The translations under genes were made by a program, and so were the position numbers. Shown one piece after another: positions 24,675 to 32,236 of a stretch of 38,218 bases of DNA. Under the pieces are notes generated by a model. That model saw only the letters and a program-made list of their open reading frames with translations. It did no database searches and had not been told where the DNA came from. Source of the stretch: Desulfobacterales bacterium. Its GTDB lineage: Bacteria; Desulfobacterota; Desulfobacteria; Desulfobacterales; JASFBJ01. The stretch is taken from contig JASFBJ010000001.1 of assembly GCA_030149585.1 (NCBI GenBank), positions 1-38,218 on the forward strand, read 5' to 3'. Position 1 is the stretch's first letter. Every line of letters starts with the position of its first letter.

Positions 24675-25176
24675 TCATTTTTTGAGTTTAAGTATTTGCT
24701 GTTTAGCGATTTTAAACTCATCAAGGGTGATAAGCTTATTCTCATATAAACGAGCCAGCTCAGATATTTCTTTAACTTGTGTAGAAGTATTATTTTCTAT
24801 CTGTGAAATTTTTCTGTGGCCGCTGCTATCCACGCTAAGAAGATGCTCCGGCTGAGTAATTTTAAAGGAAGCAAGACCACCAAGTATACTGACTTCCACT
24901 GCTCTGCCGTTGAAAAGCGGCAGGCTCAGCAGTTCTTTTAGCGTTTTGCCCTCTTTTTTCATGCGTTTATAAATATAGTAGCCTGAGAATATAATAAGAG
25001 ATAAACACCCAAGAAATATCCAGAACATATAATTAATAATCCCGGCAAAGAAAATAACCAATAATCCCAGCCCTGCAATTAAAATAATATGCAGAGCTAA
25101 TATAAAATATGCCAGCAGAATACTTTTAACATGGTTTTCCGGTTTGTTTTTAAATTTTGTCTTCATAATTTTTGGT
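24675..25176 (-). CDS. Small membrane protein with C-terminal SHOCT domain
   Basis: Two long hydrophobic segments. The C-terminal ELARLYENKLITLDEFKIAKQQIL matches the SHOCT short C-terminal domain. The ATG at 25176 is preferred over the TTG at 25226. Confidence 0.6.
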
Positions 25177-25424
25177 ATCTTCCAAAAATTTTCAGCAGGA
25201 CTGATTTTTGGAGCGGTTAAAAACAAAAAAGATCCTTTGGCTTTAAACCGAAAAGACCTTCCGAAATTTAATAATGATGGCGATGCAGTTTATTTGATTA
25301 CGGCTTGAAATGCTTTTAAAATAAGGATTTTCTATTTTGATTTTCAATAAATACCGTCATATTATTTATGCTGCACCCTAAAAATCCTTTTTATAAATTT
25401 TGAAATCTTTTTAACATAATATTT

Positions 25425-25739
25425 TTAGATGTTATTTATTTTTAAATTATAATATTTTTTTTTAAAAATCAAGACATCCTTTTTAATCTGCTGATCCAGG
25501 GTTCCTCGAATTTTTTGGGCATCAATCTGATAATTGAAGTTCTGCATTATGCCTCGATAGCGCACAGCTTCGATAAAGGCATTGGGCAGAAAGTGTTCCG
25601 GCTGCTCACAGCACAGTATTCCGGCCACGGATGCACGAAGGTTGCCGTTTTCCTCTTTGGACAATAGATTTCGCTTTAACAAAACGACTTCTGAAGGTTC
25701 CTGAGACCGGTAACAAACTGGTAATTTTAGCTCGAACAA
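25425..25739 (-). pseudogene. Internal fragment of an AlbA_2/divergent-AAA-type putative DNA-binding regulator gene (truncated remnant)
   Basis: SVAGILCCEQPEHFLPNAFIEAVRYRG...IDAQKIRGTLDQQIKK matches the linker region that follows the AlbA_2 domain in ~400-500 aa proteins. There are only 104 codons, a TTG pseudo-start and a degenerate AT-rich tail. The N-terminal AlbA_2 and C-terminal ATPase/HTH parts are absent. Confidence 0.5.
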
Positions 25740-25740
25740 A

Positions 25741-25797
25741 CCTAACCTAAATCTGTGCGCCTACTTGTGGATGTTATTTCGTCCACGTTCCTTAATA
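25741..25797. repeat. Truncated copy (loop + right arm) of the 71-nt hairpin repeat family
   Basis: 50/55 identical to 32185-32239. The left arm is missing, and the copy abuts the pseudogene fragment. Confidence 0.8.
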
Positions 25798-25801
25798 GAA
25801 A

Positions 25802-25853
25802 AAAATAGTTGACATAGGAAAATAGTTGACATAAAAAGAGGACGTCTTATTAT
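25802..25853 (+). promoter_or_regulatory. Candidate sigma70-type feo promoter with a duplicated -35-containing 15-bp unit
   Basis: aaaatagttgacata occurs at 25802-25816 and again at 25819-25833. The second TTGACA (25826-25831) is followed after 16 nt by TATTAT (25848-25853), about 80 nt upstream of feoA. Confidence 0.45.
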
Positions 25854-25932
25854 TTAGGCAGCACTAACAATATTGGGATACTTGCAGTTTATACAACTAC
25901 ACGAAATTTTTTGAAGGAATTAAATATTTCTT

Positions 25933-26187
25933 ATGAAAACAAACATCTCTTCGAATAATCATATTTTTCCCCTGCGTTTGGCCGGTAGAGGTGAAAAAGT
26001 TAAAGTTATTTCTTTAAATGGTGGGAAAGGCCTCAAAGCCAGGCTCAATTCCGTGGGGCTTAATATCGGCACTAATATTGAAATTCTTGAAAACCCTGGA
26101 AACGGTAAGATACTGCTGTCCAGCCAGGGAGGACGATTCTATCTTGGAGGTGGCATGGCCCATAAAATTCAGGTGGCCATTATCTGA
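25933..26187 (+). CDS. feoA: FeoA-family protein (copy 1)
   Basis: 84 aa. L..L..GEKVKVISL.GGKGLKARLNSVGLNIGTNIEILE is the FeoA SH3-like pattern. Confidence 0.8.
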   Translation: MKTNISSNNHIFPLRLAGRGEKVKVISLNGGKGLKARLNSVGLNIGTNIEILENPGNGKILLSSQGGRFYLGGGMAHKIQVAII

Positions 26188-26202
26188 TTTGTTAATAACA
26201 AT

Positions 26203-26373
26203 TTGGCATCCTTATTAATATCCAAAGATAGTTTACACTTTTGACGGTTCTCGTTTTTTCGTTCCCACGCTCCAGCGTGGGAATGCATACCACATAGGGT
26301 TCCCACGCTGAAGCGTGGGAACCAGGCAAGAAGCGACATCTAAAAAGTGTAAACTAAATTTGAAGGACGCCAA
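26203..26373. repeat. MITE-like element with nested terminal inverted repeats and two REP-type GC-rich hairpins
   Basis: Inverted repeats: TTGGCATCCTT (26203-13) with AAGGACGCCAA (26363-73), and TAGTTTACACTTTT (26229-42) with AAAAGTGTAAACTA (26343-56). Internal hairpins: TTCCCACGCT-cc-AGCGTGGGAA (26262-83) and GGTTCCCACGCT-ga-AGCGTGGGAACC (26298-323). Confidence 0.8.
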
Positions 26374-26417
26374 CAATTTTAATAAATATTTTTAACTTGC
26401 AAATATAAGAGGTGAAA

Positions 26418-26654
26418 ATGAGTTTATTATTAGGCGATTTAGAAGTTGGTTCTACTGCCAAAGTCGTTGGGTTTTCAAAAGGTGACAAAGCTTATCGTAA
26501 AAAAGTGCTTGCCATGGGACTCACCAAAGGCACTGTTTTTGAAGTTTTACGCGTGGCGCCTTTAGCTGATCCTGTTGAGATTAAATTAAGAGGCTTTAAC
26601 CTGAGTTTAAGAAAAGATGAAGCCGCGTCCGTCATAGTTGAAAAGGAGAACTAA
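26418..26654 (+). CDS. feoA: FeoA-family protein (copy 2)
   Basis: AAGAGGTG RBS before the ATG at 26418. LGDLEVGSTAKVVGF...LAMGLTKGTVFEVLRVAPLADPVEI is canonical FeoA. Confidence 0.85.
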   Translation: MSLLLGDLEVGSTAKVVGFSKGDKAYRKKVLAMGLTKGTVFEVLRVAPLADPVEIKLRGFNLSLRKDEAASVIVEKEN

Positions 26655-28981
26655 TGATGAATAAATTCATAATCGGAGTTGTCGGTAATCCAAACTGCGG
26701 CAAAACCACCCTTTTTAATGCATTAACAGGAGCCAGGCAAAGAATCGGCAACTGGCCGGGCGTTACAGTTGATCGCAAATCAGGCAATTATAACTATAAT
26801 GATCAACTCATTGAAGTAGTAGATCTTCCTGGGATTTACTCATTATCAGCGTCCTCGCTGGATGAGGAAGTAGCGCGGGATTATATTCTTTCTGGTGAGC
26901 CCGATCTGATCGTAAATATTATTGATGCTTCCAATCTGGATCGCAATTTATATTTAACTGTTCAGTTGCTTGAAATGAAAACGCCTTTGATTATAGCGCT
27001 TAATATGATGGATATTGCTCTTGATAATAAAATCAAGATAGATATAGCCGCTTTTGCAAAAAAGCTGGGTTGTCCTGTTGTGCCTCTTACAGCAACCAGG
27101 GGCAAGGGGGTTGAGGATTTAAAAGCTTCTGTTAACCAGGTAGCTGGAAATCCGGTTACCCCGCAAACCCGTATCATTTATCCAGCCGAAATTCAGGATG
27201 CTGTTAAAAAATTATCTCCGATTGTTAAAAAAGCTTTAACCGGCCAGAATATTGATACAAACTGGGCTGCCATTAAACTTTTGGAGGAAGAAGAGCTTAT
27301 CACTGATATGGTGGGTCCTGGCGTTGCTGATATCCTGGCCGCTGAAAACCAAAAAATTGAGGAAAAACTGGGGGATGAAGCCGATATTATTATTGCCGAC
27401 AGCCGTTATGAGATGATTTCCGGCATCACCGGCGATACAGTAAAAAAAGGTGACCGTCTGACCGGATCTATTACCGGCAAGATCGACAAAATTGTTTTAA
27501 ATCGGGCATTTGGTATTCCATTTTTTTTGGCTGCCATGTATCTTATGTTCATGATAACGATCAATCTGGGTGGCGCTTTTATTGATTTTTTTGATATTTT
27601 TACCGGTACTATTTTTGTAGACGGTTTTGGTGCCCTGCTCGCCTCTTTTGGCAGCCCCGAATGGTTAATCACCATCCTTGCCGGCGGTGTTGGAGGCGGC
27701 ATTCAGACCATTGCCACCTTTATCCCGCCAATCGGTTTTATGTTCCTTAGTCTTTCCTTTCTGGAAGATTCCGGCTATATGGCACGAGCCGCCTTTGTAA
27801 TGGATCGTTTTATGCGCCTTATCGGTCTTCCAGGCAAATCATTTGTTCCCATGCTGGTTGGGTTTGGCTGTAATGTTCCGGCAATCATGGCCACTCGCAC
27901 CCTGGAAAGTCCGCGTGACAGAATATTAACCATTATGATGAATCCTTTTATGTCCTGCGGAGCTCGCTTGCCTGTTTATGCCCTTTTTGCAGCTGCATTT
28001 TTCCCAAAAGGCGGCCAAAATCTGGTTTTCGGCCTCTATCTTGTGGGCATTGGTTTTGCCATGATAACCGGTCTGGCCTTAAAGAATTCCCTGTTACCAG
28101 GGGAAACCACTCCGTTTATTATGGAACTGCCGCCCTATCATATGCCTACTGTTAAAGGGGTTATTTTTCGAGCTGCTGACCGTTTAAAGACATTTATTAT
28201 ACGTGCTGGAATGATAATCATTCCAATAGTAGTTATCCTGAGTTTTCTAAACTCACTGGGAACAGATGGATCTTTTGGCAATGATGACAGCGACCGATCT
28301 GCCTTAAGCTATATCGGTAAATCAATTACCCCGGTTTTTAGTCCAATGGGAATAACTCAGGAAAACTGGCCGGCTACAGTTGGTATTTTTACTGGAATTT
28401 TTGCCAAGGAAGCTGTTGTCGGCACTCTGGATGCCATGTACTCCCAGCTGGATCAAAAAGCCTCCGGCAAAGATGAAGCAGAAGAAGAGTTCAGTTTCTG
28501 GGGAGGCATAAAAGAATCATTTATCACCATACCTGAAAATCTTGGCGGAGTTGCTGGCTCTCTGTTTGATCCTCTTGGATTATCAGTAGGGGATATAAGC
28601 ACTGTTGAAACAGCTGCACAAGAGCAGGAAGTAACCATGGTGACCTTTGGTTCCATGGTGAGACTGTTTGACGGCAAGATTGGAGCATTTGCCTATTTGC
28701 TTTTTATCCTGCTCTACTTTCCATGTGTTGCAGCCATTGCCGCAGTCTACCGGGAAACCAACATAAAATGGACCCTGTTTTCCGGCCTGTGGACCACTGG
28801 TCTGGCATATATGGCAGCCACTATTTTCTATCAAATAGCCACGATCAGCCGTCATCCTGTTACTTCTTTATTATGGACAGTTAGTATGGCCGGTCTTTTT
28901 TTGCTATCTATTATTTTAATGCGTTATCTTGGACAGACCAAAATTAAATCGAATCTTAACCTTTTAAATGCCCAGGTTTAA
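26654..28981 (+). CDS. feoB: Ferrous iron transporter FeoB
   Basis: N-terminal G-domain GNPNCGKTTLFNALTG, DLPGIYS and NMMD; a long polytopic membrane domain follows. 775 aa. TAATG overlap with feoA. Confidence 0.95.
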   Translation: MMNKFIIGVVGNPNCGKTTLFNALTGARQRIGNWPGVTVDRKSGNYNYNDQLIEVVDLPGIYSLSASSLDEEVARDYILSGEPDLIVNIIDASNLDRNLYLTVQLLEMKTPLIIALNMMDIALDNKIKIDIAAFAKKLGCPVVPLTATRGKGVEDLKASVNQVAGNPVTPQTRIIYPAEIQDAVKKLSPIVKKALTGQNIDTNWAAIKLLEEEELITDMVGPGVADILAAENQKIEEKLGDEADIIIADSRYEMISGITGDTVKKGDRLTGSITGKIDKIVLNRAFGIPFFLAAMYLMFMITINLGGAFIDFFDIFTGTIFVDGFGALLASFGSPEWLITILAGGVGGGIQTIATFIPPIGFMFLSLSFLEDSGYMARAAFVMDRFMRLIGLPGKSFVPMLVGFGCNVPAIMATRTLESPRDRILTIMMNPFMSCGARLPVYALFAAAFFPKGGQNLVFGLYLVGIGFAMITGLALKNSLLPGETTPFIMELPPYHMPTVKGVIFRAADRLKTFIIRAGMIIIPIVVILSFLNSLGTDGSFGNDDSDRSALSYIGKSITPVFSPMGITQENWPATVGIFTGIFAKEAVVGTLDAMYSQLDQKASGKDEAEEEFSFWGGIKESFITIPENLGGVAGSLFDPLGLSVGDISTVETAAQEQEVTMVTFGSMVRLFDGKIGAFAYLLFILLYFPCVAAIAAVYRETNIKWTLFSGLWTTGLAYMAATIFYQIATISRHPVTSLLWTVSMAGLFLLSIILMRYLGQTKIKSNLNLLNAQV

Positions 28982-29039
28982 ATTTCAAAACCGGTTTAGT
29001 AAAATTGGCGGTTCTTTTTTTATTGAAACAGGTGAAATA

Positions 29040-29264
29040 ATGATTCTGATAGATCTAAAACACTATCTTGAAAAAAACAGATGCCTTTCCATTAACGATC
29101 TGGCTTTGCATTTTGACCTGCCTTGTGATGCAATACGTGGAATGCTCGATCACTGGATTGCCAAGTCCAGGGTGAAAAAAATCCTGTGCCCGGGAGAGTG
29201 CGGCAAGGGTTGCTTTAGTTGCAACGAAAGCACAAAAATGGAGTTATATGAATGGGTAGCCTAA
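29040..29264 (+). CDS. feoC: FeoC-like winged-helix protein with C-terminal Cys cluster
   Basis: LIDLKHYLEKNRCLSINDLALHFDLPCDAIRGMLDHWIAKSRVKK followed by CPGECGKGCFSC. The ATG at 29040 is preferred; the track ORF starts upstream inside feoB. Confidence 0.65.
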   Translation: MILIDLKHYLEKNRCLSINDLALHFDLPCDAIRGMLDHWIAKSRVKKILCPGECGKGCFSCNESTKMELYEWVA

Positions 29265-29351
29265 AAAGATGAAAGGAATTTAAAAACAAATCACTATTTT
29301 TTGAGCAATGCCCGTTATTTTTTTCTTTACAAAAGAATCATTATCAGGATA

Positions 29352-29438
29352 AGAAAGGTTTAATTTTCAAACTGAAGTTTGAACCTTTCTTTTTTTTTGT
29401 CAAAATATCCCCTGAATCAAACTCGAAAGTTTGTTTTT
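29352..29438 (+). terminator. Tandem rho-independent terminators after the feo operon
   Basis: AGAAAGGTT (29352-60) pairs with AACCTTTCT (29382-90), followed by T8. A second small hairpin, CAAACT-cgaa-AGTTTG (29418-33), is followed by TTTTT. The two hairpin cores are similar to each other. Confidence 0.65.
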
Positions 29439-29784
29439 ACGACTGATATTAATGTTGGTGCATTGCAGCAGCGACAGGACAATCGGTTTCAACTGTTATT
29501 CTATGAATAACTATATTATCACGTCTGACAATTTTGTTGTTGATTTGGGCATAATATAACAAAATCGTAGATTATTATATGGGCGCACATAGTTTTGCAT
29601 CATAATTATTAATTGATATTTTAATATGTTAAAAGATAAAATAATATTTGAGCTTTCAGGCATATCAATTGCAATATCTAAAATATTCCTAAAACGTCCC
29701 TAAAATATTTCGGAGTTGGTTATTTATCAAAAATAAAAAATAAGATAAGATGGAATATATTTATAATAAATAAGGAGAAAAAAA

Positions 29785-30813
29785 ATGAAAAAAAAATTAG
29801 GTTATGGTTTACTACTGCTTATTTTTGGATTTAGCCTGACAACAATGGCCATTGCCGAAGAAACTCCGGCTAACTGGATTGAGTCGGTAACCATAAGCGG
29901 CTTAATTGAAGTAGAAGCTAGTTCTGAAAATGACTATGCTGATGAGGATTCAAGCGATATTGCCCTGGCTACGGCTGACATCAATGTTGATGCCGTGCTA
30001 AATGACTGGACAGCCGGTTTTGTCTGTTATTCCATGAATGATGATGGTGTAATGGAAGTTGATGAAGCAACCATCACCCTTGGAAATACTGAGAAAAATC
30101 CAATATTTTTTACAGGCGGCAAGATGTATGTGCCCTTTGGGGCTTTTGAAAGCAATATGCTTTCCGATCCTATTACGCTTGATTTAGGTGAGGTGCAAAA
30201 TGATGCCCTTTTAATAGGAGCTGAAATTTCAGGTTTTAATGCTGCTGTTTATTTATTTAATGGTGAGATTGATGAAGACGGCGAAGATGATACCAACAAC
30301 TGTTTTGGGGCCAGTGTTGGTTATGGTGCTGAAATTGATTCTTTAAGTTTTGCCGTTGGAGCTGATTTTATTAACAGTATTACTGAATCAGGCGGTCTTG
30401 GAGATATGATTGATGATAACGCCTTGTTGCTCGACACCTATACCGCAGGATATGCAGTGCACGGCAGTCTTATTTATGGCCCGGTCAATTTTTTTGCCGA
30501 ATACCTGGCAGCTGCCGATGACCTGGAGTTTACAACCGAAACAACCGACGCTCCCAGTGCAGTTGCTCTGGAAGCAGGCTATACTTTTGAAATCGCAGGC
30601 AAAGAATCAGTTATATCGGCTGGGTATCAGTTCTCTTCAGATGCTGGTGGAATCCTGCCGGAATCCAGAGTAATCGGAGCCTTTAGCATGGCTCTGGCAG
30701 ATGGGCTGGGAGTAACCCTGGAGTATAAACAGGATACTGATTATGATGTTGCAGATGGTGGAACCGACGAAGACGCCACAGCCATCACAGCTAATCTGGC
30801 TTTGGAATTCTAA
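29785..30813 (+). CDS. Acidic outer-membrane beta-barrel protein (possibly LbtU-like porin)
   Basis: AAGGAG RBS and a signal peptide (AIA-EE). Alternating amphipathic strands and a very acidic composition. The C-terminal ...ANLALEF ends in Phe, as in outer-membrane beta-barrels. The LbtU-like label is from memory of similar proteins and is unverified. Confidence 0.5.
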   Translation: MKKKLGYGLLLLIFGFSLTTMAIAEETPANWIESVTISGLIEVEASSENDYADEDSSDIALATADINVDAVLNDWTAGFVCYSMNDDGVMEVDEATITLGNTEKNPIFFTGGKMYVPFGAFESNMLSDPITLDLGEVQNDALLIGAEISGFNAAVYLFNGEIDEDGEDDTNNCFGASVGYGAEIDSLSFAVGADFINSITESGGLGDMIDDNALLLDTYTAGYAVHGSLIYGPVNFFAEYLAAADDLEFTTETTDAPSAVALEAGYTFEIAGKESVISAGYQFSSDAGGILPESRVIGAFSMALADGLGVTLEYKQDTDYDVADGGTDEDATAITANLALEF

Positions 30814-30832
30814 ATAAATCAGAACCGGTCTT

Positions 30833-30914
30833 TTAGGAATGGTTAATGATATTTTTTATTCCATCTCATCTTTTTTTTGCAAATTTTTGCAAAAAAAATT
30901 ATTAACCTATTCCT
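30833..30914. terminator. AT-rich inverted repeats between convergent genes (likely bidirectional terminator)
   Basis: AGGAATGGTTAAT (30834-46) versus ATTAACCTATTCCT (30900-13). The inner palindrome is TTTTTTTTGCAA-attt-TTGCAAAAAAAA (30872-99). Confidence 0.45.
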
Positions 30915-30924
30915 GCAAGATCGG

Positions 30925-31680
30925 TTAACTTAAAATTTCCAGTTCAACTTTGGCAGCATCATCATTTCTGACAAGCAAATGATAACCTCTGGTTTTAATT
31001 TTAACCTCCCGGTCATCAATTTGTTCCAGCTCAATAACACTGCCTGGATTAATTCCCAATTCGTCAAACTGTTTTTTAACCTCCCCGCGGCTTTTTATTT
31101 TCAGCAAAGTTCCGCGTTGTCCAAGTTTCATTTTTGCAAGAGAAAGCGAATTTGTTCCTTTGCTTTTAATATATTTTTCTCTCTCCTTCATATCTTCAAG
31201 GCATCGGGCTATAGAATTTCCACAGACTTCCAGCACACCGTTTTTCTGAAAATAATCACTAAAACCTTTAATCCACTGTTCCCCTCCCCGAGGACAAATC
31301 TGAATAAATTCAACAAACCGAATAATTCTGTCAAGAACCGTATGGGACACCCCATGCTCCATTTTACAGGCTGTTTCTTCTGCCTCTTCATTTTCCACTC
31401 CAAGAATTTTTGTGAAAAAATCACACAGAACTTCGTGTCTCCTCACAATATCCCGGGCCACGTCATTTCCTTTGGCAGTAAGAGTGATTACATCATAAGG
31501 CGCATAATTAATATATCCTTTTTGGCCCAAAAGACGCAGCGCTCCGGTAACGGAGGAATTTTTGACATTAAGCCGCATGGCAATATCTTTGCTCCGCGCA
31601 GCTTGTTTTTCAGCCACAATATTGAATATAGCTTCCAGATAATCTTCCATATTTGAACTTAATGCTTTAGTTTGAGTCAT
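30925..31680 (-). CDS. DtxR/IdeR-family metal-dependent transcriptional regulator with C-terminal FeoA/SH3-like domain
   Basis: MEDYLEAIF...KDIAMRLNVKNSSVTGALRLLGQKGYINYAPYDVITLTAKG...RRHEVLCDFF is the DtxR HTH + dimerisation pattern. The C-terminal LAKMKLGQRGTLLKI...LGINPGSVIELEQ is FeoA-like. Confidence 0.8.
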   Translation of the reverse strand: MTQTKALSSNMEDYLEAIFNIVAEKQAARSKDIAMRLNVKNSSVTGALRLLGQKGYINYAPYDVITLTAKGNDVARDIVRRHEVLCDFFTKILGVENEEAEETACKMEHGVSHTVLDRIIRFVEFIQICPRGGEQWIKGFSDYFQKNGVLEVCGNSIARCLEDMKEREKYIKSKGTNSLSLAKMKLGQRGTLLKIKSRGEVKKQFDELGINPGSVIELEQIDDREVKIKTRGYHLLVRNDDAAKVELEILS

Positions 31681-31690
31681 TGAATCCTGC

Positions 31691-31712
31691 TTTATTTTGT
31701 CCTTGTTCCTTA
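31691..31712. repeat. Degenerate solo right arm of the 71-nt hairpin repeat family
   Basis: tttattttgtccttgttcctta is 19/22 identical to gttatttcgtcctcgttcctta. It sits 11-32 nt upstream of the DtxR-family start codon (minus strand). Confidence 0.55.
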
Positions 31713-31737
31713 TATTTGAATAAAAATATTTATCCTG

Positions 31738-32124
31738 TTATCTACGGCCGATTTTTTTTAGATCAATATATTCAACCCGGCCTTTCTCACTAATAAAAGT
31801 GGTTAAAAGCCAGCTTACCAGGCTAATCATCAATGAGCCCCAGATAGCTGCCCATAATCCATGAATCCTGAATCCGGAGATAAGGCCGGAAACCATTAAT
31901 AATAAAATAGCATTAATTACCAGAGTAAACAAGCCAAAGCTCAAAATATTAATCGGCAGGGTGAGCAAAAGCAGAACTGGTCTGAAAAAAGCATTTAAAA
32001 TTCCAAGTATAGCAGCCCCAAAAAAAGCTGCGAAAAAACCACTGACCTGGATACCATCCATTAGATAAGATGTAATGATAATAGCACAGGTTAAAATAAT
32101 CCACCGAATAAAAATACCCGGCAT
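31738..32124 (-). CDS. Four-TM membrane protein of the phage-holin-4_2 (YvlD-like) family
   Basis: 128 aa with four hydrophobic helices. WIILTCAIIITSYLM.GI...AILGILNAFFRPVLLLLTLPINILSFGLFTLVINAILL is the typical pattern of that family. Confidence 0.55.
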   Translation of the reverse strand: MPGIFIRWIILTCAIIITSYLMDGIQVSGFFAAFFGAAILGILNAFFRPVLLLLTLPINILSFGLFTLVINAILLLMVSGLISGFRIHGLWAAIWGSLMISLVSWLLTTFISEKGRVEYIDLKKIGRR

Positions 32125-32165
32125 TTTTTTACTCCTTTCCTTTGAAAAAAAAACTGGAAAATATT

Positions 32166-32236
32166 AGGAACGGGGACGAATTAACCTGACCTAAATCTGT
32201 GCGCCCACTTGTGGAAGTTATTTCGTCCTCGTTCCT
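32166..32236. repeat. Complete copy of a 71-nt hairpin repeat (15-bp stem, 41-nt loop)
   Basis: AGGAACGGGGACGAA (32166-80) pairs with TTCGTCCTCGTTCCT (32222-36): 14 Watson-Crick pairs plus one G-T. Loop + right arm are repeated at 25741-97. The right arm alone occurs at 5659-84 and 31691-712. Confidence 0.8.

Noticed and set aside
25738-25752. CCTAACCTAA (and TAACCTGACCTAA at 32183-32195), considered as a DtxR/IdeR operator (consensus TTAGGTTAGCCTAACCTAA).
   Set aside because: Only one half-site matches. The partner half is absent on either strand, so an operator cannot be supported.
26260-26325. The two GC-rich repeats, considered as a mini CRISPR array.
   Set aside because: There are only two copies and each is a perfect palindrome. 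The spacer is about 14 nt, they are enclosed by inverted repeats, and no cas genes are in the window. This is REP/MITE-like, not CRISPR.
29583-29592. The 10-mer TGGGCGCACA shared (reverse-complemented) with the loop of the 71-nt hairpin repeat.
   Set aside because: The similarity does not extend convincingly beyond 10 nt. It is too short to call another repeat copy.
29601-29619. A Fur-box-like AT-rich 19-mer upstream of the outer-membrane barrel gene, and GAATCATTATC at 29334-29344.
   Set aside because: The 19-mer matches the GATAATGATAATCATTATC consensus at only about 9/19 positions, and the second site matches about half a site. That is indistinguishable from background in this AT-rich spacer.
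30979-31656. 225-aa + strand ORF covering the DtxR-family gene.
   Set aside because: It is the antisense shadow of a well-supported minus-strand gene. The product is low-complexity (F/N/I/K-rich) with no motif and no RBS.
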